Source of the DNA: Tubiluchus corallicola
Taxonomy: Eukaryota; Animalia; Priapulida
Length of the DNA: 64,000 bases
Direction: 5' to 3'
Assembly (NCBI GenBank): GCA_030141605.1
Contig: JAQGDQ010000289.1
Span: forward strand, 186,001-250,000
Shown here: piece after piece, positions 15,258-30,200 of the stretch
Layout of the letters: each line of letters starts with the position of its first letter
Numbering within the stretch: position 1 is the stretch's first letter
The notes under the pieces: generated by a model
The model's input: only the letters and a program-made list of their open reading frames with translations
Databases searched by the model: none
What the model was told of the DNA's origin: nothing
Program-made: the position numbers and the translations under genes

Positions 15258-18200
15258 TACAGACTTCTGTTGGTTTGGTGTCTTATCTTAATGGGTTATC
15301 CTTGATGATATATAGATTCTGGTTCTACAGTAAAAAAATAACACTATGTACTATTGCTTACTGCTACACATTCTGATTTTTAGTATGCTGAACAGTATAA
15401 AAGAAGCATTAATATGAATTTAATTTAAACAGGGTCAACACTATTCTGTGAAAGGAGATTACTCATACTGTTATTCTGATAATGAAAATAAAGCTTTAAA
15501 ACAAAACCTACCTCAAATAACCAAGGAGAGAATACCAATGAAGGAGGAATGTACTCAGGGGGTGCTGGACTCGTCTGATTATCTATGGTAACTCCCTGAT
15601 TCAGCCGAATCTAAAAATATTGATTGATTAAGCTAATGACAGACATTTCGAAGGCGTAAGTTAAAACACGTAAATATATGAACTTGCGATAGCATTACTT
15701 TTACCTCAATTAAAAATACTATTAACCAGCCATCATCCAAAGAAAACAAAGAGTATGTGAACACACACCTTCAGCATAGTATTATACAGATCACACAGCT
15801 TTGTTAACACTTGAGCATGAATCTTTGGATCCCGTATCTTATTTGGGTTGCCTAGACACCCCATCATTCGCTGCCATAGAATCACTGCTGCTTCTGGCAC
15901 CCAGCCTTGAACACAGCCACCAGCTATGACACTACGCTTCTTAACAGGGTCAACTAACAGAAAAATACAACGAGCTTTCAAAAGACTTTTCCAACAATGA
16001 AGCAAATAAGTTTACTATTATTATATTACCTAAACTATATTCAAGCAATTATCGACTGTAATTTTCATTTTCAAATTTTGTCCATGTTTTAGTTTAACTT
16101 GCAAATTATAGTAAATTACAAAGATGCGGTAAAACAACATTAGCCTAGGCTTAAGTGACGTCACTGTGAGTGACATACAGGCATTCTTATTTAAACAGTT
16201 TAAAGATCTCTTAATTGTATTTCATATTTTTATGATAGCTTATAAAAAATGCAAAAATGCGCAAATTAATAAAAATGTTGTGTAAAATTTAGGTGCTTAT
16301 ATTCTACCGACACAATACTCATATTTTAACAACTTACTGAAAAGAGCAAAATTTCCATTGTCATCCTGTAAATTTTCCACAACATCTATAGGCACTGTTT
16401 CAGCCAAGCTTGGCTCCTTTTCCTCTTCTGCCGTTTCAAAACTTGTACAGGAGGTGGTACGCGACCGCGATCGTGATGCTTCATCAAATATAATGGTGGG
16501 CGGAGATGGAGTGGCAACATCTGTAGGATATTGTAGCAAAGTATGTTACCATTGTAATTTCACTTTAATTATCTATAAAGTTAAATTAACTGGTTTGCTA
16601 ATTTTCTTTTTACATCACAGTAAGGTCGTCATCGTCATTATCATCATCATCATCATCAACATCATCACCACCTTCCCTGCCACCAATGTCAAGTATCCTA
16701 CCAACACCATTTCCTTATCATCGTCTAATCTTCACTTTCATCATCATCATCATCATAGGTATTACCTCTAGAAGAACATTTATCTGAACGATCAGCAGTC
16801 AACGCCATGCTATCAATGCTCTTTGTATCCAAGCTAACAGATATGCTGGTAACTTCAGCATCATCGTGTGTATTGAAATCTTTCTCATCACCATTGTACA
16901 CTTCATCATCATCCTCGCAGTGAGAACTCTCATCTTGTGCATCTAAAACAATTAATACCAAGTCAGCAGAGTATGTCTCACAAAGATAGTTCACATAGCG
17001 TATTTTCACATAAAATTAGTTAAAGCAGACAAATGAGGGAATTAGCTTAATTTGTCAAATGTATACAATATCTGTGCAATTCTTCGTGATGAAAAAGCAA
17101 CATTTCTACACGAACAGTACAGCGCAAACTGACATTTATTGTCGTCTGTTCATTTTACCATAAAAAAGTTTGGGATAAAGTTATCTTATGATGATGGGAC
17201 TTGACGTTCCAGAAGCAGCACAGTGATATTTGAACACTATCGCAGAAAACACCTTACTATACAAAAATTTCTAGAAAGAAAAAATTGTAATTAGTTGGGC
17301 AGAAATCGAAAAATTTTTAAAATTTAACTTTAAGCTGTTATCTTGGTAGATGCTTTAAGAAATAAAAAAGAAATGAAAAGTAAAACAAAAACAGTTCATT
17401 GGAGGTTTAGGCATCTTAATTACAATGACATCATTTTCTTCATGTTTAAGAAGCTGACTTGAGTACATGGGAAGTCACTATTCTCGACAGGAAAAGAGAA
17501 ACGCTTTGTCTGTTTAAATAATGCTCCTGGACATTCACTTGGCATTAACAAAACATAACTGATTTTAATGTTATAGTCAATGAAAATACAGTATAATATC
17601 TATAATATGCAGTATAATACAGTTACATTTCCAAACAAAGAAAGGTACTACAATGTAAAAAGTTTTGTGCAACAAAAAAGGGAAAATGAGAAACAATATC
17701 TGAGTAAAAATGCAAGCAATACAGTTCAGTGACATTCAGATGTAGTTGAGAATTATGTAAATCAATATTAGTTTGTGAAAACAAGCCAAACAAGCATATA
17801 CACATATGCAACTACATACATGCGTAAAAAATAACATTAGAAGCTAAAGGAGAAGCCATCGCTTGTTCATCTGAATAATCTTCATAATTCACATAAAATT
17901 GTGACTGTGATCTACGTATATCATTTGAGCTGCTAAGCGACGATGTAGAGAGATGACGAACAAGAGTCGATGATGACACCCTCTTCTTTAATGTCGAAAA
18001 CATTTCTTATTAAATTACAAAACTACGACTCAGCAAGCAGGTCACGTGCTCAACAACTAAAAAAATATGACTCATTGTCAGATTAAGCTGCTTTAATAAG
18101 TGAACATCTATAAAGTGATATGAACTTCTTCTGAGAGGAATTTATGCAAACTTATCACGTATTTCTGATTTTATTTCACCAATCTTCCAACAAATACCAC

Positions 18201-21200
18201 GACAAAAAAAGGTTACAAATAAGATACAAATGCAACTGCTTCACATCAACTGTTGTATTTCTAATTTTCATTTGGTATACCAGGATCTCAATAACATTCA
18301 AAGGTACTGCTAAGTTTAGAAGCAAACAAAACCATGGCAGTTTAGCAAACATGAAAATGTGAGCACGACAACTCGTTTACCTTAATTTTAGAAAAAAACA
18401 CTTCAACTGTTAAACAAATAATATATTTGGGCACAGTCTGGCACTCCTAATGCTACAAACTAATCCTAAGTAGACTTTTGACTTCACTTGTGAAGTAGAA
18501 TTAGTTAGTTAAGGTTGACGTGTTCATGTTGAAGCTGCCGAGGGATGAATAATTATCATGTGATAATGGCTTGATCTAAAATGTGCTCAAGTAAGTTATT
18601 TAAAAGAATTTAATATCATTGTTCTTGTTAGGCCTTCTAAGGCATTATTTTTGCATCTACTTATGTTCAGGATCATTTTTAGCTGATTGCCCCCTCTGGA
18701 TTATTTTTTCCACACAGTTTGTTGTTTGTTGTCTATAATGACGTTTGTTAATTTTTAATATGTGAGACCGTCCATTAAATGTGTTTTAAGATGGTTAAGA
18801 TAGTATACAATAACTACATTTATTTTTTATAACTGTATCACTTTGCGACTGAAATGGCTAAGACACTATTGCAGGTTCAGTGTCTTATCAAAGAGGATTA
18901 TCGTTAATGGTAGCTAGGTCCCAGTCCCATCACAACCACTTATATTAAGTAGGCCGTGGATTTGGATTGTAGCTACAGAACTGTATAAAAATATAGGCAG
19001 AGTTGCAACTGTCCAGTATGGAAGTTTCTCAGTAACTGAATGGCAGAAAGTAGTAGTTATCTCCTGGAAGAAATGCTAACTGTTCTGCCAGTCACGGGAC
19101 GCACAATTAATATGCTTTGCACTACAACGTCCAGATTATTTTGACAATTTAGCAATTATCTCAGCAACTGAGGAAAATTAACTAATTAGTAGCATTTTTC
19201 TAGTGTGACAATAACTGACAAATGCAACTTTCACAGCTTATTACCTATATTAGTGCATTCCCCATGATCGAGTGCCAATGCTTTGAGTATCTGTGGATCA
19301 TCAGATAAGCGGCCTCTCGGTGGCGGCGCATCCACTATAGAAAACATAAAAGTATTATATTCAATTCTGTGAATTCAAGTTCTTGTGATACATGAAGGTT
19401 AGAGTGTCAGGAAGTCACGAGAAAGTCAGAGTGTCAGGAAGCAAAAGCCATTTTAACATTTACATTTTTCTGCATTCCATTAGCCAACAACTTTAGATTC
19501 TATACTTCATTCTCCTCAACTGAATACAAAGACACCCTAACTATTTTTAAAATAATAAAGAAATTGGTAAATTTTTCCAAATTCATATCTTCTGCCATAA
19601 AAACAATATCCAGTGTGAAGAAGCATTAAATCAAAATATTTATTAACCAATGTGACATCATGGTTTTATTGCTATTTTCATGTAATAAGCATAGGGAATT
19701 TGCTAAGTTCATTCGCTAAGCTTCACCTGGTAAAGAGTTAGGCGAATCCCTTCCACCTATATCACCATCACTTGTACTACGTATTAAAGGCACTGTAGTG
19801 CTAGGCTGCAAGCTTAAAGGCCGTGTCAATTCCTGAGGCACTCCACCTCCACTGGCTGATCTCACTCTTCCAGTGTCAGCTAAAACAAAACAGAACTTCT
19901 GATCATTAAGCTAAAAAACCCAACTCACTTTTCTAATATCTACTGACAAAGCTTGAAATATTAATATCAAAGTCTGCATTAATTCCTGGGGAAAACAAAG
20001 GATGACTTTGTTTTTCCCAGTAAATGAAACATATAGCTTGAACATACAACTTGAGATTAAAATGTAACAAATGTGCTGGTCGGGACATATTTTATAACTA
20101 CATGCACACAAAGAACTACAAAAATTCTTTTAGTTCTTCTACAAAGATAATCTTCTAAGGTTGGCATCACCTAACTTGGCAGCATCAGCAGATAACACAA
20201 GTTTTTAATTTTAGTTAAATGTTGTAGACTTTGGCCATTTGACGAACAGCTTGCGTGTAAAACATAAAGTATACATATATTATGACACATATCTCTTAGG
20301 ATTTTTTAGAGGGTCTTAGGGCTAGGAAAGGAAATACTTTAGGGTTAATGTTATTTCATTTTAAAATAAGAGAAACAAGTACCACACAATTCACCTTTAG
20401 GTCGCAACATAATATCTGAATTAGCAGCTTCCCGTTCAGCGAGTGCATTATTTACTTCTTGTTCTAAACTGCCTCCAATAGCTGGTGGTCCACTGTACCG
20501 ACTGAACCCTCTCTCAAATGTATTTGGACCGGGTTTGTTGCTATCACTGGGCTTCCCTAAAAACATTTCATACACATGCTTTTCCTGTCATTTCATTCAT
20601 AAGCACATTACATTAATACATGTTTCTTTATGTATCATTTCACACTAGTAAAACAGAAGTGAAATATCTACCTTTGCGCTGTCGTTTCTCTTTACCAGTA
20701 AGTCTATCCAGAGGCAAATCAAAAAGTTCGAGCTTGTAAACATGTCTAGCTAAGCTTCTTGTTAGTGTATCCATAATTTTCTGTGCATGAATAAGAAACA
20801 AGCTTAATGATTAATAACATAATCCATGAGTGGGTCTTGTAATCACATGCTCCAAAAAGTTTACGTAAACTAACAGAGATTATGAATTTAAATGACATGG
20901 TGGGACTTGTAGTCACACGCTCAAAACTAAACACGTTACTCTGAATGCAAAGTGTTTACAGAAATGGGTAAGCAGGATAGAGCAAAAATGATAAGTATAA
21001 TTTTTGTATAGTTTCAAGTTGACTCAAACCAAAACATTATGACTTACTGCACAATGATCAAAAGCATTGTGGCAACAAATAATCTTTCTATAGATAAATG
21101 ACTGCTACAAAATCAGGTGTAAATACTACTACAGCAATCCCATGGAATTGCCTAGTGCAGCTATTGCATATCATCACACATACACACTACCATCATTGCG

Positions 21201-24200
21201 TAAAATGTATAACACACAAGAACCTGTGGTTGCCGGTCTCGTATACACCCCATAGTTTTATTACAATAGGCTTCGCTGAATAAACTCACAGTTAATAGAC
21301 TCAATCGCTTAATTGACTTTCTTGTGACTAATAAGCTTTTATATCATCTTAGTTTACTTTTGTCCTATAATATGCATAGACACAATCATGTTAATGAGTG
21401 TTAAGTACAGTTTTGTTTACAAGCAGGAATGTTTATCATACGCTAATATGCTAGCCTAATGGTTTGCTTTGACTCGCCCGTCCACTGCAATTAACCTCAT
21501 TACCCAAGAATTCTTGGAAGCGAAACATTTAATCACTTGCTTAGCAATTTGCTTTTGAAGCTCTGACTATCTTTGCCAGAAAGTCTAATCAGTTACATGT
21601 TGCTGTTATGTCAGGGACACAGGTACAGTATAGTAAGTGTGTCACAATTATAGCAAGTGGGAGCTTAGGCGAAACTACAGACGAGGCTACTTGCGGGGAA
21701 CAGTTTAAGCACGCCAAGCACCAAGTATTTTACGAGAATTTATGCATCATACAACAACAGATTCATTAAAATTCATTAAAACCTTTGTAGTGTGTCGTAA
21801 GCTGTTGACTCATACTTCTATACCAGTAATACTATACCCATTGGTTAATAGGTTCAGTCGGTTAATTGGGTCAAAACACTTCGGTCCCAAAGTGAGTCTA
21901 TTAAGCAGCGCCTACTGTATATAAAATTTGAAAGATACAATGAAATGCTAAAAACGTTTTCTTTACATATCAAGTATCCAAAATTTCAAGAAAATTTTGG
22001 TGTTTTTAAGTAGAAACCATGGCAAACTGTTGAGGCATTACGTCACAAGCAAGTAGCACGACTGTCCTGGGTCCAACTGCTCCACTAATATTTTATTACA
22101 ATGAATGCAGCACAAAAAAGATACATTTCTATTTAAAAAAAAAGCTGCCGACCACCAAAGATTGCCCTGACTGACAACAACTGCCACAAAAAGGCTCAAT
22201 TCCTATTGGTTTCTTTGAAAATACATAATTCCCATTAGCAATAAATTTTTTTGCAAAATTAAAAATAAACTTACTAGCTACATAGCATTTTACTTACAGA
22301 CCACTCTTGTATACACTCTTCCCACAATGTGAGAGATGACAACACATTTAGGAAATGGTCCCACAGGTTGGTGGAAATATGAACGTTTAAGTTTGCTCTG
22401 ATCCATGTAACAATTGTTGTCTGGAATACAAATGCATAAAAATAATCTTAGTATGTGCTATATGCTAAGCACCTAGTCTATGAAGATTAGAGCCACCGAA
22501 CAATAATGCTTCGCCTTTCTTGTCATTAGATGACACACTATACATAATACAATATTTAGTATTTACACGACACTGTTTATATGTTGGTATCACCATCTAC
22601 TGAAACTACAATTGAACTGACAAGCTACTGTATCTTCCACTAGAAGTTGACATCCATACATTTTAGATGGACAAGGTCATAAATGTTATCTAATGAAAAT
22701 CTTTTAGAACACGGATTTAAATGTCACATGCATGCAGAAAGAGATTGCTAGCCTCGTGCAAATTGGGTGGCAAACAACGGGCACCATATTGTTAGATAAA
22801 ACTGCAGTCTCCATGTTGTTAGACAAAAACAGCAGCAAGCAGACACACTTGAGAAATACTGCTGATAGCAGGCTAGCAATTTTGTAGAAGCACGGCATTT
22901 AAATCTGTGGATTAGAAAAACTTTGCTTAAAAAAAGGTATTATAGTGTGGATGACTTACCTGAATCAGTATTGAAGCCAATTGGGTGCCCAGTGTCTTCT
23001 CTCCTACTGGAGGTTTTTCTTTTAAAGTATAACTTGTAACTTTCATCAGTACTAGCATTAACTGCTCCCTACAAAAACAAGACATTTTCCCCATACACCA
23101 AGTAAAAGTGCTAAACATGTTAAGTAAACAAGTAAATAATATAAAACTCAATACACATTTTTTAACAGCTATTTAGCGAACGAACACACAACCTTGAAAT
23201 ATTTGCCAAATTTTGATCCTATTTTCACACAGCATTCGTACTATCAAATTTCACCTACCAGGTTTTTGCATGCATAGGAATGTTCATTACAATGTATCTA
23301 TAAATGGATAGAACTCTCCGACATATATCGATATGTTCGTTTAGATGTAAACTGCTGACCCATAATCCATTCAAGAGAAATATGTGGCAGGTGTTTGTTA
23401 AGAAAAGCTGGAAAAGTAAAAGGTCAAATCTTAATTAAGCATAATGTTACATTGAAGTCTGAACATATTAAATGCATCGTTATTGTAGTAAAACAAAATC
23501 AGCATTCGTATAGTGATTATTTAGAATCAGTTTACGAAATTTTCATTGTAAGTGAAGGTTACGAACAAATCATGCCTTTCTAAAGTCACTAACACAACAC
23601 AATATTTATGTTTCGTCAGCAAGTACCATTAGCTTAGTAAATAACAAGGACCATCAACCAGGAAAATTTTGAAAAAGTTTAAATTTAATTGCAGCGTACT
23701 GACAGATTCTCTAATACAAGTACATTATACAAACAACACAAAATACAAAATCTAATATTTTTTGCAAACTAAATGCTAGTCTGACATTAACTACACTACC
23801 GAACAAGCAAGATATCTCATTACCTGCAGCATGTTTTGCAGACCAGCTCTTACATCATTTGCTTTGCGTATTGTACCACCCTTTAGATGTCTATCTAGAG
23901 CATCCTCACTAGGAAATGGTGGCAAATATACACCAGTCTTAACATTCTGCAAAAATATTTAAGATACAGAAACTACTGGCTTAGAATGAGAGGTTAGTTG
24001 TGGCTGCTGCAACAATATTGGTCTTTAAAAGCTAAGACAACAACGAAATACAAAATTTGAAAAAACAGATAACTGATAGGGCATTTTTATACTAGTCTAC
24101 CAACATTATAATATGTTTGACAAAACTTTTTGTAAATGCGGGTGGGGGGTCAAAAAGAACTTCTATGCTTGTCAGTGCTTGCAAGCTTTATAGCTAAGTG

Positions 24201-27200
24201 AATATTTATTCAATTTTAATTTGTGCTTCAGATGGAACAATTATCACAAAATCAAAATTATTGTTATAGATGTTGTACAACAGATACATAACACATAAAG
24301 ACATCTGTATATCATACACTGACAGAGTATCCATACATGGTTACTATGGTAACTTACGCTTGCTTCCTGTGCTCGATGTTCAAGCTCTTTAATGATAGGC
24401 TCATGAATAAATAGAGGCGCATCGCTGATGTTTGTTGTTTGAAACCACTCCTTGTAAGCTATGAGAACTCGTCGTATAGCTGGAGCTTGCTTTGGTGGCA
24501 GGAAAAATGCCTGAAATTCAGAAACCAAAAATGCAATCAGTATCATGATCAACTGTGACCACACAAATGATTTCAAGCATTTTCTCAAAACGTGATCGTT
24601 GATCGTGATCACAATCAATTTTTTTCATAATAAAATCCCATTGATTGTTTATGAACTTACGTCACTTTTGTGTTCATTTTTTTGGCAAGCTTTACAGTCA
24701 AAAATACTTATATACATATATCATGTGCTACAATGGCTGCTGATACACTACTGGTTGTAGGTAGGAAATGTTAACATACTACCTTAAATGCAGTGTTTGC
24801 TTGACACATGGTTTTTATACTTTCTTCAATTGTAAAGAGTATTAGCTTAATATTTTGACACTTGCATGGTTGATACATGATACTGTACACGTTTTATGAT
24901 AAGATAGGCCTATAATATAGAACTAGTGCTGTGAAAATTTTTTCTATTGGTTGGTCTTACATACAAAGCATGGTCTATAATTGTTTCTTTAAGAGTTTGG
25001 ATGTATGTGTTTTGTTATAATATCTTTTTCTAGTTAAAAATTATTTTGTGTTACTTAACTTGGTACGCTTATTGGTACCACACAAACTTCGGTACGAAAT
25101 GTTTTATTTTGGTTATCCACAGTCTTCTAGCTTCCATATATTTGGTAATGTGCACTTGTACAGCAATAAATTTTTTAACCTGGTATGCGTCGTTGGTATA
25201 TGTCATGTCGTTGGAATAGGACAATTTAATAGTCCGTTACCTTAATATAAGTGGGAACCGTTGTATTTAATTTTAGTGTAATTCTGCTTCATGCCAGATG
25301 ATGGTATAATCAATCAACTAGTTTCTATCGCCAATAAAATACAGTCTGATCTAGATGCTGGTTATGAGGTACGGGCAGTTTTTCTAAATGTAAGTAAAGC
25401 TTTTGACGAGGTCTGGGACAAAGGTCTCATATTTAAATTCTCCCAGCTTGGCATCAGTGATTATTTATTGGGTTGGTTAGCTTATTTATCTGGTCGTAAT
25501 CAAAAAGTAGTTATGGAAGGAGTTTCATTAGATTCTTTGCCCTTGGCTGCTGGGTTAACTAAGTACTCTATCTTGGCTCTCTCATTTCTTGTCTACATAA
25601 ACGACATGACTCATAATATACAGCACGACATATCTTTCTGGCCGATGATAGTTCCATAATGGATACAGTCATAGACCCAGTAGTTGGAAATCAACCGTTT
25701 ATTCTTTGTTTCTCTGCTACGGCAGTGAGTAATTCCAAAATGATTGTACCTAAAACGAAGTCATCAAATTTGGTGGGTGGACCTGAGGGTGGAGACAAGT
25801 AGTGGTGTAGTGAACAGTGACCTCGCAGCAAAGGGTTAAGGACAGTGGACATTGGTCAGGTTTTCGATTATTACTCAATTCCTCCTAGGGCTTTGAGTTA
25901 AATTCAGTTTTTCTTCACGGGTATTTAGGAACTATGAGGTAGATGTGCACCTGGGGTTTTAAAAACCTGGGATTCTTTAAGGGCCCAAGATAGGAGCCAA
26001 AATGTGAAAATTAGGGCAAACGGTTTGTCGCTCAACTCCTCTTGCTGCATTGGACTAGGAGTCTTGTTTAGGTATGTAGGGTTAGACAGGAACATATACA
26101 AATGCATTAAGTATTCTTCGAAAAATGGGTGTGGCTAGGTCACGTGATATGGGCAAAAGTGTTAAAATGGGATGTGGTCAATAACTCCATATATATAAGA
26201 GCCCAGAATCACGAAACGTAGGTAGGCACCTAATACAGGTAAACAGAAAATGGTATAAGAATGGTGACTTCTGGGTTAAAGGTCAGAGAGGCAGGACCTA
26301 AAATGTGAAAATTATGGCAAATGACTTTGTTATTCAACACCACTTACAGTATTGGTCTAGAAGCCTATGTTACTGCACGTGTGGGTAGATGGTCGAGCAT
26401 AGCTGTGTACTAAGCATTTTCAAAAAGTGGGCATGGCCAGGCCACTTGACATAGGCGAAAGCGTTAAAATTAGATTGCAAATTTCATTTCCTAGGTTATC
26501 AAGCACTGAAAATTCAGCAATAGCAAAATTATGTTCTTGAGACAAAGATCAAGTCAGCAAAGATCTTTTACAGTCAGTAGTTGCAATTTTAGTCATAATG
26601 CAGAATCTTAAGTTTATCACTTTGTCATACGGTATAGTAAACACGGTATAGTACTGCACTGCTTTTGAATTTCGTCCTGGATATGTCGCAACACTTGGCT
26701 GTTACCTTTAATCCTCAGAAAACATGAAGTAATGCTCTTTGCTCGAAAAATACAGCAACGTTTAAAAGGTTTACAGATATACTCCCCCTCCCAAAAAAAT
26801 CGTTTTTTTGTCAAGCCTTGCTTTGAAGTCTACAAAACTCACAGAGTAACATTTAGCTTTTACATTGCAGGTCTAAATTTACGTCAAAAGAGATGATGTG
26901 GTGTAACGGTGTCACGTTATTATTTCAAGCTATAATGAAATTGAAACATCGTCATTTTCCTGTGAGTAAACTTAATTTTATTTAAAAAGCAGAATTAATC
27001 TTAAAAACCGATTTATCATTTTGATTACTAAATATAATTAAAAAAATTCAAAGTCATTTTATGTACCATACCTGACGAAAAATTTCGTGAATTAAATTAA
27101 CATTATTCCTGGATGAGTAAAGAATTTGTCGCACAATGTCCTGACCTGTGTTTCCTAGCCTTTCTTCACTGTTAATACTGGGGCTTGAACCGACCCTTTC

Positions 27201-30200
27201 AATACCTAGAAAAATATTGCAAAAAAGACTCAATAATGCTTATCAGTTTCTTATTAAGAAGTTGAAAATTAGTTTTTGTTTATTTCTATGGTTTTTAAAG
27301 ACGATATATAAAAATTTTAATATTTAATTGGGGTGTTAAGAAAATGCACTTTTTCATGCTACTATTTAAAACGTATTTCAAATTAATACACATGTAAAAT
27401 CAAAACTAATTATGGGCAGTCAGCAGTCACATGAACACAATAGCAGAACAAACCAACACAAACAGTGATTTATTATATTCACCTGATCCGCCACTAGTAT
27501 TCACAGTTAACAAATTTTGTGAACTTTCGCTGTTGTTGCTACCTTCTTCATTTTCTCCTTCTGGTATATCTTTCAAAGTGTCAGTAATATTTGGTGAACT
27601 GAAATAAGAGCAGTTAATGAATAGTAATTTAATAGTAAAACATAAACAAGCAAATTAACAGATAGATACATAGATAGACACAGTATAGGATTATATTTCA
27701 TAATAAAATGAACGAGACATAAATGCAGTGTTCTACATTGAATGTTGCATAAAACACACATCACCGCCCATTGACAAAAAAGAAGAAGAATTAAAGCTGA
27801 TGTTAATTATTAAGTTATTATGATGTTAATTATTACTTTACGTTAGTTACTGGCCATGGTGTAAATTATTTAAATTAAATTAAGAAATAAAAAATCCAGA
27901 TAAAAAATTTTGTGCTTTCCTATTTTACAAAAACAATGATAAAAGTATCACAGAGTAGTTAAAATAAATCCAATCCTAATGGATAAAGAAACATACTTGA
28001 TTGAACTTTGAAGTGTGTCAGATTTTTTAGTATCGTGGGTGTAAAGGCAAATCCATCTGATAACAGCAACTTGGCACTGCGTGATTTCTCCATTCTTCAG
28101 GGTTTCGCATTGCTCAGACAATTTCCTCGGCTCAGGGAGTTCTATAAAGTCAAACAAATTCACAAATAATTTCAAACTTATAATACACATACTCACGTTT
28201 TAATGCTTAAGCTGTTTATAAAGTTTAAATGACCAGGTTTGTTAAAAGAACCAAACCTATTTTACATTTTTAGTCTATCAGCTTAAATTAGTTACGTCAC
28301 ATTAACAATGATTAGCACTACAGGTATGACTATTCTTATGATGTCAATACAAATGCTCGTCAGAATCAGCATTGCTCAACTTATGCCGCATTCCAAAATC
28401 TTCATTTATGCAATTACATACCTAATACAGGTTGATATAAATTCGTCGAAAAGCTGAAATGTGGGAATATATGAGGGAGGTAGAATTGCTTGAACTTCTC
28501 AAAAAGAAAGTCAAAGCAATTAATTTGTTGCTCCTTGTCTTTCCATTCAACTTTGAGAACCTAAACAATGGAAACATCCCGTCAGTATAAAAAAAATGAA
28601 AATGTGTTTTTTATAATAACAAATGCACAACACACCTAACATCTACATAACTCGTGTAACTGAAGAAACTTTTTATAGGGCAGCATATCACAATTAACAG
28701 TTTGAAATGCAGTGCTCAATATTAAACAAAGTGAGAACATTGTATTTTTTGTCGCTAGTTTGATAAGGGTAAAAATATTTAGTCCTGTGTCCGTTAATTC
28801 TGACAAGTAGAGTGATACAATTTCCTTCAAAGAGGAAGTTTTATGTGAAACAAAAACTTCCTACTTGCTACTTCTTGCTTTACTTGTTACTTCTAACTAT
28901 TTCTCTTAGCAAGACCTATGCTTGCAATTTCATTAAAAATTTATGTCATGTAATAATGATTTTGACTTAGACTTAGTTATTATAGTCAGCTTGATCAATC
29001 TGTACTGCTAAGACCCAAGCACATTTACAATGACAGCAAGCATTATTTGAGTATGGATATCACAACAAGGTTCGGAGATCGGAGGTGTAGAAATTAAAGT
29101 GCATGTTGAATGTGAATTTGAAAGTATAATGTCCATACTACCTTTACTGTCTTTTCGTTTCTTTATTTTGAGATATTTAATTAGGGCATAGCCCAACTTT
29201 GCTGGGTTGATGACCCAAGAATAGTTTCATCTAAAGTTTGGCCTTGTATTGTTGCATAAAACCGCTAACCGTGCATTTATAACTCCAGTAAACAACTTAG
29301 CTAAACTAAGTTTGATGAAGTGAGCCTTTATTGCGTATTGTGAACAACAACCATTGATAGAGAGGTGAAATTAAGTGTTTAGTAAATTAAAAGCATGACT
29401 CCAATTCTTTGTCCAACGCTTTGCCTGATTCACACAAGAATTCAAACATAATGCCGGTGCACCTTATACAACAATTCCCATCCGGTAACAAGTGGATAGA
29501 TGTTACAGTAAATCAATTAATGACTACAACTACAAACAAGATAATGGAATTAGATAATCAAGCACAAGATGTGCATGAAGTGTGTGTTTCCAAGGAAACA
29601 GAGTACCTGAGATACAGAGTATTCCAGTAATGATTCTAGAAGGTAATGACATTGATCATCTAGTTGTTTATCACCTGACTGAATAGGCAACATTGACGGA
29701 TTCTCAACTGATGAGATAGGGCCTGAAATATATCCATATTAATTTTAAATCGGATGTCCAATACAATCAAAAATCAATTTAAGAAGTAGCCAAGTTTTAC
29801 AGAAGGAACTATGAATAAAAATAGTCATTGATGTAGCTAAAACAAAACTATCCAAGATGATTTTTGTGTTAGAAAGAAAGAAAAAATGTTGCACGGACTG
29901 TGAAGATACTCCACGTAACAAATTTGAAATCTAATTTCTGAGGCCTTTTCACGATTAGAACTTCCATAGATCTCCCTTATTTTTATCTGTAGTTTAATAC
30001 AGTGGTTGACATTCTATTTATTGCTGATTTGTAGCAATAAATTTAAACAATTGGTAGAAAACGTGTCCTTCACAACACTTTTATCAAATCAAACCCTCTG
30101 AAACTCTATTGCTGTTTTATAGCAATAAATTTAAAAAGATTGTAGAAAACGTGTCTTTCACAACACTTTCATCTAATCAAAAGCCCTTTGAAAAAAGATT

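Noticed and set aside
16358-16771. 137-aa plus-strand ORF with poly-Ile and poly-His
   Set aside because: Antisense shadow of a RALGAPA exon and the (GAT)n tract.
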